DNA from: Nemertoderma westbladi
Taxonomy: Eukaryota; Animalia; Xenacoelomorpha
Length of the DNA stretch: 42,943 nt
Assembly (NCBI GenBank): GCA_032718475.1
Contig: JAUCBJ010002541.1
Coordinates: 1 to 42,943, forward strand
Direction: 5' to 3'
Position numbers and translations under genes: made by a program. The notes under the pieces are model-generated. The model did no database searches. It saw only the letters and a list, made by a program, of their open reading frames with translations, and had not been told where the DNA came from. Positions 30,843 through 42,943 of this stretch are shown here, in pieces. Within the stretch, counting starts at the first letter, position 1; each line of letters opens with the position of its first letter.

Positions 30843-31416
30843 TTAAAAAAGAAAGTATCAGATTCAAAGGATTTACAATTCGGGAGGTAGAAGTTTGAAG
30901 CACTAGCTCTGGTACTGTAAGAGTGTGTATCGCGTACTCTGTTGAATTGTTGTTTTAGGTAATAGGGACATTTACCATTATACACTTTATGCACATGGTT
31001 AAGGCGTAGCTGCTTAACTCTAATATCTAAGTTAAGTAGTCCAGATTCAGAAAAGTCATCTGGAGTTAGGTGGTGCCTAGGTTTGTAGTCTTTAATCAAT
31101 CATACTACTTTATTCTGAGCTACTTGTAATTTACATTTAAGCTGTTTGGTTAAGCCTTCATACCAAGAAGGGCACGCATAGTCCATGTGACACTGTATTA
31201 AAGAAGAGCAAAGTAACTTGCGAGAGTCAGTGTTTAAACTATTTTTATTTCTGTATAGAAACCTAAGTCTACTGTTAACTTTCGAGAAAATATTTTTCAC
31301 TGTGCTTTCTCCTGATAAGCAGTTATCCAATATGGCGCCTAAATATTTAACTTCCTTTTTATTTTCAATCTTATGTCCATTACTAGTGACTTCAAACTTA
31401 GTTACCTTCTTTAACT

Positions 31417-31608
31417 TTCTTTTGGAAACTAACAAAATACTTTCAGTCTTACCGTAGTGAATGGATAGCTTATTATCAACCAACAACTCATTACAGGATT
31501 CTAGAACTGCACTTCTTTTGGAAACTAACAAAATACTTTCAGTCTTACCGTAGTGAATGGATAGCTTATTATCAACCAACAACTCATTACAGGATTCTAG
31601 AACTGCAC
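31417..31608. repeat. Exact in-frame 96-bp tandem duplication in the LINE RT
   Basis: [32 protein letters not shown] occurs twice. Confidence 0.95.
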
Positions 31609-33982
31609 TTAACTTTTGGGAAATTTGGATAGGATCTTTATGAGAGAAAATAAGAGCACTATCGTCGGCATATAAAATGAGTTTAAAATCGGGATCTATA
31701 CTACTTATCATATCATTTACATAGCATACAAAAACCAGAGGACCTAATATACTACCTTGCGGTACACCACAGGTAATCTCTTGTACAGTAGACTGCGATT
31801 TGCTAATGACTACAGTTTGACCTCTGTCTGACAGGTAGGACTTGAACCAGTCTATAGAACCTACACCCATCAGGCCTAACTTACCAAGCAGAATTTCGTG
31901 ATCTACAGTATCGAAAGCGTTTTGTAGGTCCAACATTACCATACCAGTATATAAACCCTTTGCGTTATTACATCTAATTGTATCAGTTAAGTTAATAAGG
32001 CAGGTGTCTGTAGAATATGATTTACGAAAACCGGACTGAAGTTCATAGATCAGATTTAGCCTACTAAGATGTGCTTCCAGCTGTAGAAAAACAGAACGTT
32101 CTAGAATTTTAGATACAATACTTAAGATACTAACAGGTCTGTAATTACAGGGTTCTACTTTACTATTCTTTTTATACAGAGGAACAACCTTAGCTAATTC
32201 CAGTTCGTCTGGTACTACATTATCTACGAAAGAGTAATTAATAATAAAAGTAATAGGCACTTTAAGTACTTCAGCACCATCCTTAAGAAAACTGGCAGGT
32301 ATTAGGTCTAGACCGGTACTTTTTGAGGCTGATAGGTAGAGAGGTAGAGAGGTAGATTTTTAAAAACGAAATCCTCAGAAACGGGTTTTAAAAATAACTT
32401 TTCTGAATTTTGTAACTTTTCTAAATAAAAATTATTTAGAGTTTCGGACCCTATACTATATTTATTACTTGATAACGGTAACTTCTTAACTAAATTAGAG
32501 GCAACATTAGTAAAATAATTATTAAATAAATTACTAACTAGAGTATGATCATGAATCAGCTCACCCTTATCTTGCAGAACAAAATTCGATTTAGATTTAA
32601 GGTTTTTATAACCTAAAGATTTTAGGGTAGACCATAGACTTTTAGGATTATCTTTATTCTCACTTATTTTGTTGTACAAATATTCAGATTTCGCTTTTTT
32701 TATTTCCCGTTGGACAAGGTTTCGATATTTGCAGTAATTATTATAATCAGCTAAAACACGGTATTTCCTAAATTTATACAAATAGTTATCTCTTTCTCTG
32801 ATATTACTAATATTACCCGAGGTCATCCAGGGCTCAGTGCGTTGTTTAAGACTAATTTCTTTAATTGGTGCTACAGTATTAAGTGCCTTTAGAAATATAT
32901 CTTTAAAAACAGTGTACGCCAGGTTAATGTCAGCGGCCTTAAAACAGGGTTCCCAGTCAGAATTAACTAACAAACTTAAAAAGCGTTCCTTGCTGTAATT
33001 TTTCATAGACCTAACTCTAACTGTTTTATGATCCCCGAAAAAAGATTTTTTTGTCTTTCTTGTGCAAAAAACTATAAAATGATCGCTTAGACCTATAGGT
33101 AAAACCCCAGATTGAGAAATAATACCGGTATTATTACAAAGGATATGATCTAGTAAAGTAGAAGTTTTATTGGTAATTCTGGTAGAATCTCGAATAATTT
33201 GTTTTAAACCAAACAAATTTAAAATACTTTGGTACCGTTTACAGATGGGGGATGCTTTGTGATGGTAACAGATATATTTCACAGTCTCACCTAAGATTAC
33301 ATAAAATTGTATTTTCAAAATTTTGCAAAAAATCTGATTGTTTAGGGGGCCGATATAAGGTACCGATTAAAATAGGTTTAGTTTTAGGAAGTAAAAGTTC
33401 CACCAGTAAAACTTCGTCACAAGTCTCTAAATCTTCCCTACGATTAAAAGCTAAATCACATCGAATGTAAGTACAGACACCACCACCGTGTCTGTCCCTA
33501 TCCTTACGTGAAACTACGTAATTATCAATATAAATTTCTACATCAGAAATGCTATCATAGAGCCAAGTTTTAGAGATTGTTAAAACTGCTGGGTTGGATT
33601 TATTGATTAAAATACGAATTTCGGAAAGTTTGTGAAGCAGAGATCGTGCATTTAAATGCAAAAAATGCAGACCTTTTTTCTTAAAAAATTTAAAAGTTTC
33701 ACTCTCAGCATCACTTGGAGTTTGCAGAGGCGATGTGAGGAATGAATCGTCGGTTTCTGATTCTAAAATAGTATCATGAAAGGGAAGTTCGGTAAAAATA
33801 CAGCTATTGCAGAGAAAACTTGGCTCAAGATTGTTTCTGGTGGAGAATAAATTACTGCTTTTCCTACGGTAACATTTTAAATGTACAAATATGTCACAAC
33901 TCTCGCATTGGACGATCTTACTCCGAGAGTTTGTTCCTCGTTGACAGACGGGACAGTTGATCTTCGGTGCCCGCGTCCTGCT

Positions 33983-34009
33983 GGGTCCTGGGTTGGTCTC
34001 AATATCCCC
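33983..34009 (-). other. 2A-like ribosome-skipping motif (LLSLAGDIETNPGP)
   Basis: Minus strand ggg gat att gag acc aac cca gga ccc, in frame with the PHD and APE domains; not in the supplied ORF track. Confidence 0.9.
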
Positions 34010-35795
34010 AGCCAGAGACAGGAGACAGAGTTTGGCGCCTCTAGTTCATGGAGAGGAGACCCAAGATCTTCTTCCCCGACGAGAGCAGTAGAGGCTAAAT
34101 CCACTCATCGACCATATCTCTGTCGATTCGGCGCAGGCAGTTCGAAACGGTAGTGACAGGGTGTTCCGCAAACCAGTCCAATACATGCATTAGGTGCGTT
34201 GCAGGGTTACCCCGCGGATCGGATGGTTCTGCCACAACGAAACGGCCCAGGACAATGAAAACTGTGGAGATTAAGAACGGTGACATTGTGCTGTCTGGCT
34301 GTAGTCTGACTCAAAGGATAAAAACTGTATAGGCCTAGTACCGGTATCTTTCTTGGTCTTATTGTCGGCAGGCCTACAGCTAACCGGTGCATCAACGCAA
34401 GTGGAGAGCTCGTTGATATTCATCGACAGAGCCACCCTGGGTCTCAAAATACTGAGACTGATGGCGGTATTGATCTACAATCTGAATCCACCTGCTGGCA
34501 AGCTTATTGACTTTTCACCTCATATCTACAGTACACTGACCTTGTTGAGTTGTCATAGCGACTGATTCCAGCTCCGATATACCAGCTTCCATATTGTGGT
34601 ATAGTTGGCCCAGTCCATGATTGATAGTCAGGATGTCGACCTTGCTTGCTGGGACGACATCAGATTGGCGTTGGTGGTATGATTTCCTTCGTTCACCGCT
34701 GGCATTCGCACCATGGTCGGCATTCTCTCAACGTAGTGAGTGCTGCGAGGAGTGTCCCTGACTCAAAGCGACCCTTGAACCAGACTTCTCGCTTCCGTGA
34801 GAAAGTTGGTTGTTGTCTAAGGTTATGGTGGTTAACAGTGGTGGTTCAATATCAGCTGTAGTCACTATCGTCGTGGTGGTGTCGACGTTGGTTGTCTCCT
34901 CTCTAGCAACCACTGAATCAGGGGGGCTATGAATAGTGGACATTATTTGTTAGCGATTAGAAATATTTCATAGGTCTGCCAAAATCAATTAATTTAATTA
35001 AATTTTTCAGATTTTTACACGGATTTTTTTTTAAGTATTTATTTGTATAAACTTAAGTTACCCACTTGACTGGCAATCTGAAAAAATAACTTAAGTAAAT
35101 ATTAAATTTAATTAAATGTAATAAATTTGTCAGTGATACACCACAAATGCATATCACTTATGTTATCAATAGGGGGATTAGAGACAATATTTAGATAATA
35201 AATTGTCTGGCTAGCTAAACCTGAACGTTGCCTAGACTTAGCTATACAATGTGTGTAATATTAGAAACGGAAATATAGCATTAGCTTTAAAACTAATCTA
35301 TTGTTGTCGGTGGTGCCTCCTACAATAGAAAAAGAGTCAGAATATAAATTATGTACCTAACTTCCAAAAAGAAAATTAAGATCAGAAAAAGTTGCAAATT
35401 ATACTTTAAGGGATTCAGACCTGACCCCAGTCCTAAAAAGGGCTTGGTTTACTAGTAAACACGTAGTAAATCAGGATAATCGTAGTGGTACCTTCTTACC
35501 CTCCGGTAATCGCGTGGAATGTAATATCCTCTTGCAGACCAATCTGGCCCAAAAGTAGTCCTAGCCCAATCAGATCTCCGGTCCCCAAGACCGGTTCGTA
35601 GTGATTTGGGACCACCGAACAAGGAAGGAGAAGGTAGGAATAAATGCTTGAGAGGCTAGGAAAATGAAGCAAAAATCCAGCCAACAGTACCGATTGCACC
35701 ACAATCAATAGCATAAGGTGATACTTAGCCAGTTTCCTTTTCATCTCAGTTTGTAGATGACTTTCGAAACAGAACGAGTTTGAGGAAGAGTTAAG

Positions 35796-36297
35796 CGTTG
35801 AGAAACAGCATTGAGAAACAGCGTTGAGAAACAGCAATGAGAAACAGCGATGAAAAACGCGATGAGAAACAGCGTTGAGAAACAGAGTTGAGAAACAGCG
35901 TTAAGAAACAGCGTTGAGAAACAGCATTGAGAAACAGTGTTGAGAAACAGCGTGAGAAACAGCATTGAGAAACAGCGTTGAGAAACAGTGTTGAGAAACT
36001 GCGTTGAGAAACAGCGTTGAGAAACAGCATTGAGAAACAGCATTGAGAAACAGCGTTGAGAAACAGCATTGAGAAACAGCGTTGAGAAACACTGTTGAGA
36101 ACCAGCGATGAGAAACAGCGATGAGAAACAGCGATGAGAAACAGCATTGAGAAACAGCATTGAGAAACAGCGTTGAGAAACAGCGATGAGAAACAGCAAT
36201 GAGAAACAGCATTAAGAAACAGCATTGAGAAACAGCAATGAGAAACAGTGATGAGAAACAGCGTTGAGAAACAGCATTGAGAAACAGCGCTGAGAAA
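35796..36297. repeat. 13-bp minisatellite (GCRWTGAGAAACA, about 38 copies)
   Basis: Direct reading: gcgttgagaaaca / gcattgagaaaca / gcgatgagaaaca units. Confidence 0.97.
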
Positions 36298-36415
36298 ATT
36301 GAACACTTATCCGCATTCAACTATTTCTTACTATACACAATTCCGGGTGTAATCCAGGCTCCTTTACTAAGTGTTGCCAACAACAGTAAGCTGACATTGT
36401 AGTTAACTGTTCATT

Positions 36416-37891
36416 ATGAAGCCTAACATTGAGAAACAACCTGAGTGTTTAAAGCTCATCTATCCCATCATAGTAGACATGTACCGAACAACAAGAGTCC
36501 CACAAGAAATGAAAACAAATATGTTGGTGCCAGTTCCTAAGAAGGGCAACCTAACACTCTATGGTTCTTTTCGGGGAATCTCATTGATCTCGATTGCTGC
36601 AAAGCTATACAATAGGATTCTATTAAATCGCATCAGGGATCCCATTGAGAGACTGCTCCGTGGAAATCAGAATGGGTTCCGTAAAGGTCGTGGGACCATG
36701 GAGCCCATTTTGGCACTTAGAAGGATAATTGAAGAGTTATCAAAAAAGAAAGACAGGCATCTGGCTGTTATCTTTGTTGACTTCTTCAAGGCCTTTGATT
36801 CAGTCTCTCGCTCACGTATGTTCAGCATACTTTCATTATATGGGATTCCTGATGAAATTATTGCAGCAATCAGATCAGTATACGATGGTTCGACAACATT
36901 TGTGTCTACTGTTGACGGTGACACAGAACCATTTGAAGTGTTATGGGGCGTCCTCCAAGGAGACACACTTGCACCATTCTTGTTCATTATTGTGGTTGAC
37001 TATGTTCTACGCATGTCCTTAGATCATTATAATGATGATGGGGTGATGATAACTCCACCTACTGGCTCCAGAAATCGAGGAAATCCTGCCAAGTACCTAA
37101 CTGATCTAGACTTTGCTGATGACTTAGGAGTACTCTCAGAATCATTAGAGGGAGCCCAACAGCTCCTCAGCTCATTAGAACATGCTGCTTCTAGTGTTGG
37201 TCTTTTTATTAACTCCAAAAAGACCAAAATTCTGACAGTTAACTTTGAAAGTCCTCAGCAAGTCTCTGATCGGATGAGCATAAGCTCAAAGGATGGTATG
37301 CTTGAGCATGTGGACGACTTCTGTTACCTGGGATCATGGATCCGGAAGTCAGGTGAGGACCTTCGAATACGTAAGGGAAAGGCATGGGCAGCCTTGAATA
37401 GGCTTTCCAGGATTTGGAAGTCACCGAGAATTAAACGGAAACTTAAGGTCCGATTATTTAGAGCAGCAGTAGTTCCAGTACTCCTCTATGGGAGTCCATG
37501 CTGGGCTCTAACTGCTGAGGACACCAAATCTCTGGATGGCACATTCACAAGAATGCTACGCCGGGTTCATTGTGTCAAGTACAATGCACACATCTCCAAC
37601 CAGACACTATATAACATTGGAGGTGTCTCATTGGTTCCCCCAAGCTTGACACTAGAACAAAATCGCCTCCGCTTTGCAGGACATTGCTTTCGCCGTGAGG
37701 ACCAGCCAGTGCATAATCTTGTACTTTGGCAGCCTCATGGAGTGAATAAGCATGGTGGACAGCCCATGACTTTCTTGAGACGCATCTTAAAGGACACTGG
37801 CCTTGAAGATGCGGATGATCTAGCAAATGTCATGGGTGATAGGGAGTTGTGGCGGTGCAATTTTGTTGACAAACCGGCACAGCATTCTTAA
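36416..37891 (+). CDS. RTE/RTEX-type reverse transcriptase ORF (491 aa), endonuclease missing
   Basis: PVPKKG..FRGISL, QNGFRKGR, FVDFFKAFDSV, GVLQGDTLAPFLF, LDFADD, FCYLGS, LLYGSPCW, RLRFAGH; the ATG lies within the TSD, so it is host-derived. Confidence 0.9.
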   Translation: MKPNIEKQPECLKLIYPIIVDMYRTTRVPQEMKTNMLVPVPKKGNLTLYGSFRGISLISIAAKLYNRILLNRIRDPIERLLRGNQNGFRKGRGTMEPILALRRIIEELSKKKDRHLAVIFVDFFKAFDSVSRSRMFSILSLYGIPDEIIAAIRSVYDGSTTFVSTVDGDTEPFEVLWGVLQGDTLAPFLFIIVVDYVLRMSLDHYNDDGVMITPPTGSRNRGNPAKYLTDLDFADDLGVLSESLEGAQQLLSSLEHAASSVGLFINSKKTKILTVNFESPQQVSDRMSISSKDGMLEHVDDFCYLGSWIRKSGEDLRIRKGKAWAALNRLSRIWKSPRIKRKLKVRLFRAAVVPVLLYGSPCWALTAEDTKSLDGTFTRMLRRVHCVKYNAHISNQTLYNIGGVSLVPPSLTLEQNRLRFAGHCFRREDQPVHNLVLWQPHGVNKHGGQPMTFLRRILKDTGLEDADDLANVMGDRELWRCNFVDKPAQHS

Positions 37892-37927
37892 AAATGCAGC
37901 TGCAATGCAGCATGCCGATCCTAGTAG
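36429..37927 (+). mobile_element. 5'-truncated RTE-like LINE copy
   Basis: TSD tatgaagcctaaca at 36415-36428 and 37928-37941; (TAG)n tail. Confidence 0.93.
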
Positions 37928-40900
37928 TATGAAGCCTAACACAGATAAAACGGTAGCCATGGTTACCGTTCAGTGTATAATTAAAGGGCCATTAAGGTGG
38001 TTCTTAAATTCAATTCGCCGCAAATTTCCCTATTATGAATCGAAATTGATAATTCCACAACTGGATTCGTGTACAGTGGTGATCGTACAGTGGTACAGTT
38101 CGTGATCTATGGTATCTGTGAATCATAATGCACATTATTTTCTGTGGGATACTGTATTCTTCCCTATATGTTTTCAGGATTGGATTTGGAGTCTGGTACA
38201 CCCCTCCTGAAATGGGCTGTTGTGATGTAAAAAAAAGTCCCAGTCTACAGTTTCGACAGTGCACCCCAGGGTGGTGCTTTCCCTGATATTGCTTTCTACT
38301 CTTATCTGAAATGTTTTACTGACCTTCTGCTTACCCTCAGAGGCAGTCTGTCGTCTGTGTACTTTAAAGAATTTGGGGATACATTATTATTATTAAAATT
38401 TTTATTATTTTGTTCATACCAGTCATATGTTTATTGTTGTATCATGTACAGTATAGTCTTATTATTTTTATTAATTTTACTATTGATTATAGTTATAGTT
38501 GATTTTTCTCTTTTGCTTTAAATAGAGTTTGCTCGACTGAAGGTCAATCCGATTTCTGCTTACTCCATACAGCATTTTTGTTCTGCTTGGGCATTTTTAA
38601 GGGCTAAGGTAGTAGTAGTAGGGGCTGGTGCATTTTGTTACGTTCAGCTTCACGCTGTTCTTTTGACACACATTCGGACACCTCTCGCGCTTACATTTGC
38701 CTTCATGCCGTTCCTTTTCCTCGCATTCGGCTTCATGCTGTTCCTTTTCCTCACGTTCGGCTGCGTTCTTGAGCTCGCATTCGTTACTTGCCTCGAGTTC
38801 CCTTAGGATCTCGGCCTCCTCTACTTATATTTTATTCATCTCGCACCTCGTGCTTGTATTGGTGTTGATGACATCATGGCTCTTATAAAGCTGGCGCTAC
38901 ACACATCCAAAGCCTGGAAAAATGCTACTGATGACAACAGAAATATTGGGTATTATTTCCTCCGGATTCATGACATTGACTGTTCCTTCCCTAATTTGCC
39001 TATTGTCCTGTTGCGCTTACTAAATATGCCCCCACACAATTAGATTTTCAGCACAAAGTTAAAAATCTTGATACATTCTGCGAAATTGTTGACCAGTTCC
39101 ATCACTTTATTGTTTTGCCAAAAATGGTTGAAGTGTTCAAAATTCATTCGACAAGTATAGATTGTTTAATATATTAGGATTAATATTACCCATTTCATTA
39201 GCTAGCTTCGCCTCCCTGGGTCTGAATGTTCGACGATAACTCCTTGCGAGTCAATCTACATCAGGGAGAGTCTGCTCGGCAGTTGGTCTCATCGTTAGAG
39301 AATGGTATATATATAAGGTATAGGCTATAAGGTATAGACTCCGTTTGTAACCTATCCACAATTCTTGTTATTTTCGGCTTTCAGAAATGTTCCATAAACC
39401 AGAAAATATGCTACCACCTTTCATGTATACCAAAAGGAGATGTGGTACAGGAGTCCTTCAGGTGCATTTAAATATATGGAGACTATAGTTTGAATGGGTG
39501 AGAGACCTTTCTGTTAGATCCTCCAACCTATAACGAAGGATATCATGAATCGTGATCTTCTCGTCATCATTAAGTTTTGTATCAAGGTCATTGTCCTTTG
39601 GCAGGTTGGGCATTGTTGGCCGCTCATCCCTATAGTTTAGGAATAACAGCCCATGATGCCAGAACATCTGGTTTTAAAGGTTTATACGGTGTATCATTCT
39701 GCGCAATATCAAATCCACTGGGTTGTCATCGGTGGGGCAGTGATACAACATTTCAAGATTAATGTTTGCTCAGATCTTACGCACTCTGTTCGCCATAAAA
39801 TTGGGGAGCGTTTGTCCTCATTATGGAGTTATCCAAAGATGACGGTTGAATCCATCTAGCAATGTATCTGCTTTATTTCCTGAATGGTATCCACTATAAA
39901 GATATAAGCTCGAACAGCGGCGGCAGGGGATGCGGCCTAGCCTGCGTTCTCGGGGAAGTTCGGAGGCGGCTGCAGTTCGCGCTCCTCCGCTCAAACTCCC
40001 TTTGTCTGCGTGGTGGCCGGCTACTGTGGAGGGCGCTGGGCTTTGGGGATGGTGCGGGTCTGAGGGGCAATGACCTCGCAAACCGATATTAATCCCCAAT
40101 GCAGCATTTTTAATTGTATTGTTTATATTTTAAATTGTATTATTCTGATAGATGGGGGGAATTTGGTGCAGTTTTATATTTGTTTGATTAATTAATTATT
40201 ATATATTATCATCCGTTTCAGTATATTAATTGGCTAACTGGTAAAATTGTTTTTCAGTCACAATTGCACCTCTATAATGTGAATGTGAGTGGTTCCTTAG
40301 TATAACTTACAAAACTGAACGCATACAAAAAATCAGCAATCAGCATCCATCGCATTGGATTGGGCTCTACTTTAGAATTAATTCTGAAGAAATTATATGT
40401 CCCGTATGCATACTGCGACATATGAGTAAAATACTTCATTAGAATTCGACTTGAGAATTATATAGATTGAAGTTTTTAATTCCATATTAATTATTAAACT
40501 CTTTATAAATCTTTCACTGGTTTTTTTCTTAGATTTTATAACTTTTTAAATTACGAAGTGCAGTGGACGGAGTGAATTAATATTCCTTACAGTTCCAACA
40601 TAATAGAAACAAAGCGGACAAATGGCTACAAAACCATTAAAAACTGAACTTTCTCTAACATGGAGAGGCTTACTTGCTAAATTAATTATAATCTGATGAA
40701 TATCAGAACTATATGTCACCGGATTTGTTCACGGCCTGTCTGTCCGCCTACCTGCACGCACACGACTTTGCTTCTTCCACCTCCTTTAAATTTGGATAAA
40801 ATCTAATCATATTGAACCAAACCAGCATTAGGTACAGGTTTTATAGTTTATGCTGGAAAAGGGTAGTTCAAAATCAACTCTTCTATATAATGTATTTTTC

Positions 40901-42943
40901 TAGCCTGTGATTAGTCAACAGATTGTGCATTGCGTCAATGCATTTGAGCTTTTAGTTCATGAACAAGCTCATAGCTAGCTACTTATTTTTCTATTGTTTT
41001 TCAATAACAAAAAAGGACTTCACTAGCAAGAGCTATCATCAGCTGTGGTAATATTAATATGTGAGTAATTGAATCATCAGCTAAGTATGAATAGGATATA
41101 GTGACTGAAAAAACACAACTTTACTAAACTTCACAGTAAGTATCTATGTAAGGGTTGAGCGACTGGGAAATGTTTCCAAATGTTAACAGATTTTAATTAC
41201 CATATTTCTAGAAGAATTAACCTACATAAATGCTCAAATTCATTCAGCAGAACGGCACAGTAGGTAAATTAAAACTAATTTACTCTGGGTTGACTGAATC
41301 ATGTATTTAATGTTTGCCAAAATTAAGTCATTAACCTCCTTCTCCTGAAAGGTTGTTAATTACAACAATTTTGGTTCCCGATACTCAACAGAAGTACTCT
41401 TTGTAACTAAAATTCATTCAGCTGTCCTGCCACTTACATAGCCCACAGTGAACCTTGTAGATATTCCCATTGGATTCACTGGGAAGAGCTATCAGCTGTG
41501 GTAATCATTGACTGGGATATAATGACTGAAAAAACACAACTTTACTAAACTTGGCAAGTAATGTACTTCTCTGCGGTTTGGTCCTATTCCATTAAATAGC
41601 ATTCATTACTAGGCCCTCACTAATATTTTTTCATGAGCACACCAGTTGTTGTTTCTATTATTGAGTTTACTTGCAATTTTCGTGTTATGGGGCTATTTTT
41701 CGAAATAAAACAAGTTGAGATGTTTCAATTTAAACCGCTAATTCCGTACCCTTATAGAAATATATTTTCTATGATTCGTGCAAAATTTCATCAAAATCGT
41801 TAGAGCCGTTTTTGCTCTAGGTCAGTAGCATTTTTTTCTTACAGTAATCAAGTCTTGCTAATTACCTCGGGATCTCGACTTATTACCTCGTAATCCCGAC
41901 TTAGTAGTATCTCGGGATCCCAACTTATGTAGAGAACAAAATTGGCTAGATGTCCCTTTAGGGGCTCCGTAACAATCCGAATAGGAAATGAAGTCCAGAT
42001 TGAATACATCGACCCGTTGGTTGTTGCAGACTATAACAAACCCGATTACCTCAATGCGCTAATGAACTTAATACTGACTGACATTCAATCAATCAAACGA
42101 AGATTTTTATATTATCCATTTCTTCCAAATGAACTGAACTTTTAGGTTATATGAGTCTCTCATGTTATTTAACTACGTTATTTGTAGCCTTTCAATAGTA
42201 TTAATTAATTAAATTATTTATAATTTTTTGTAATTTTATATTAATTTAAACATATGAATAAATTATGTTCGCGCTTTTAGACCTTTAGCAGTTTAACCCG
42301 CTAATTTTAGGTGTCTTCTAGTTTATAAATCGACTTTAGCCTATAACAAGTATTTGTTGCATATAAGATATAAAGTTACATTAGCCAAAGCCAGCCTATG
42401 CGCGACCATTCACCCACGGTTAAGGGAGACTGGATTCGGAGGCTCTGGCCTTATTGCGGTGTAGACTTACTGTATTATTCGATTGCTCGTTACTATAATA
42501 TCTCTGACAAATATTATTTACTTTCGGGAAATATTAACAGTTCCTTTAGGACGTGGCGCTCTAAGTATGTAAACAGAGTTATGACTTACACTAAACACAA
42601 CGGGATGGCTAATGATTTTCGTATAAAGCGCATTCTTTAGGAAATGCTTTGTTATCTGTCACACTCATGCACACTACCGCACACTGCTGCACACTGATCT
42701 GCCGACCTTCACTAAATTTGATCATATATAAGGAGAATAACAACCGACACATGTAGGGATTATGAAATAGCATTCAATTCACTCCAAAACCGCTATAATG
42801 TAAGTCGCAGTTGCTACAGGTAACCGGTCTCTCTAACCTTCAGTATATCAAGAAGATTGGGGTTTTATGATTATTTATCGATATTCTCCAAATATAACAA
42901 CATATCCATCAACTTCTAACAATTAATAACCGACAGTAAATAG

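Larger units (their letters stand above)
29970..34943 (-). mobile_element. CR1/L2-group (L2/Crack/Daphne-like) LINE, decayed: 2A peptide - PHD finger - APE endonuclease - RT
   Basis: GDIETNPGP; CPVC..CESC..HLKC..CNSC; HLNARSL, DRDRHGGGV, YRPP, SDH (APE); [22 protein letters not shown] (RT); C-terminal WNALPNEI..FKSAVK at about 30030-30134. Frameshifts present; the 5' limit and any ORF1 are uncertain. Confidence 0.88.
36331..38076. mobile_element. Non-autonomous TIR element (copy 2) carrying a nested RTE insertion
   Basis: Both ends are shared with 16012..18519; imperfect TIRs. Confidence 0.6.

Noticed and set aside
35741-36320. ORFs of 139-171 aa
   Set aside because: Translations of the 13-bp minisatellite.
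38100-42943. Host exons or further elements (charged ORF-like patch about 38560-38890, GC-rich patch about 39920-40090, local duplication about 41030-41135 vs 41483-41555, short repeats about 41860-41930 and 42660-42700)
   Set aside because: No recognisable domain, paired termini or consistent splice pattern; probably old repeat debris that cannot be classified by eye.

Overview
Eukaryotic, probably invertebrate animal, AT-rich DNA made almost entirely of nested transposable elements; no host gene could be supported. The centrepiece is a young Bel/Pao LTR retrotransposon on the minus strand (1095..12986), with 1.72-kb LTRs about 99.4% identical and a GACCT target-site duplication. It keeps an intact gag-protease ORF but has lost RT, RNase H and the integrase core. 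In the env position it carries an intact 790-aa ORF with a DEDDy/WRN-EXD-like 3'-5' exonuclease fold and Zn knuckles. Its sense RNA contains several families of structured motifs with compensatory changes: (i) an array in U3 of K-turn/UUCG hairpins alternating with loop-E/GAAA hairpins; (ii) the same loop-E hairpin apex re-used, on unrelated stems, inside both large ORFs; (iii) a triplicated pseudoknot between pol and the extra ORF. It also has a candidate self-priming (non-tRNA) PBS and an AUGA-overlapping upstream ORF. The rest of the window holds a decayed second Bel/Pao element, four RTE-like LINE copies, a CR1/L2-group LINE with a 2A peptide and PHD finger, a non-autonomous Helitron with a 146-bp CTCF-motif array, piggyBac-like and Kolobok-like MITEs, and a 13-bp minisatellite. 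All structures and alignments were read by eye; no database search or folding program was run.
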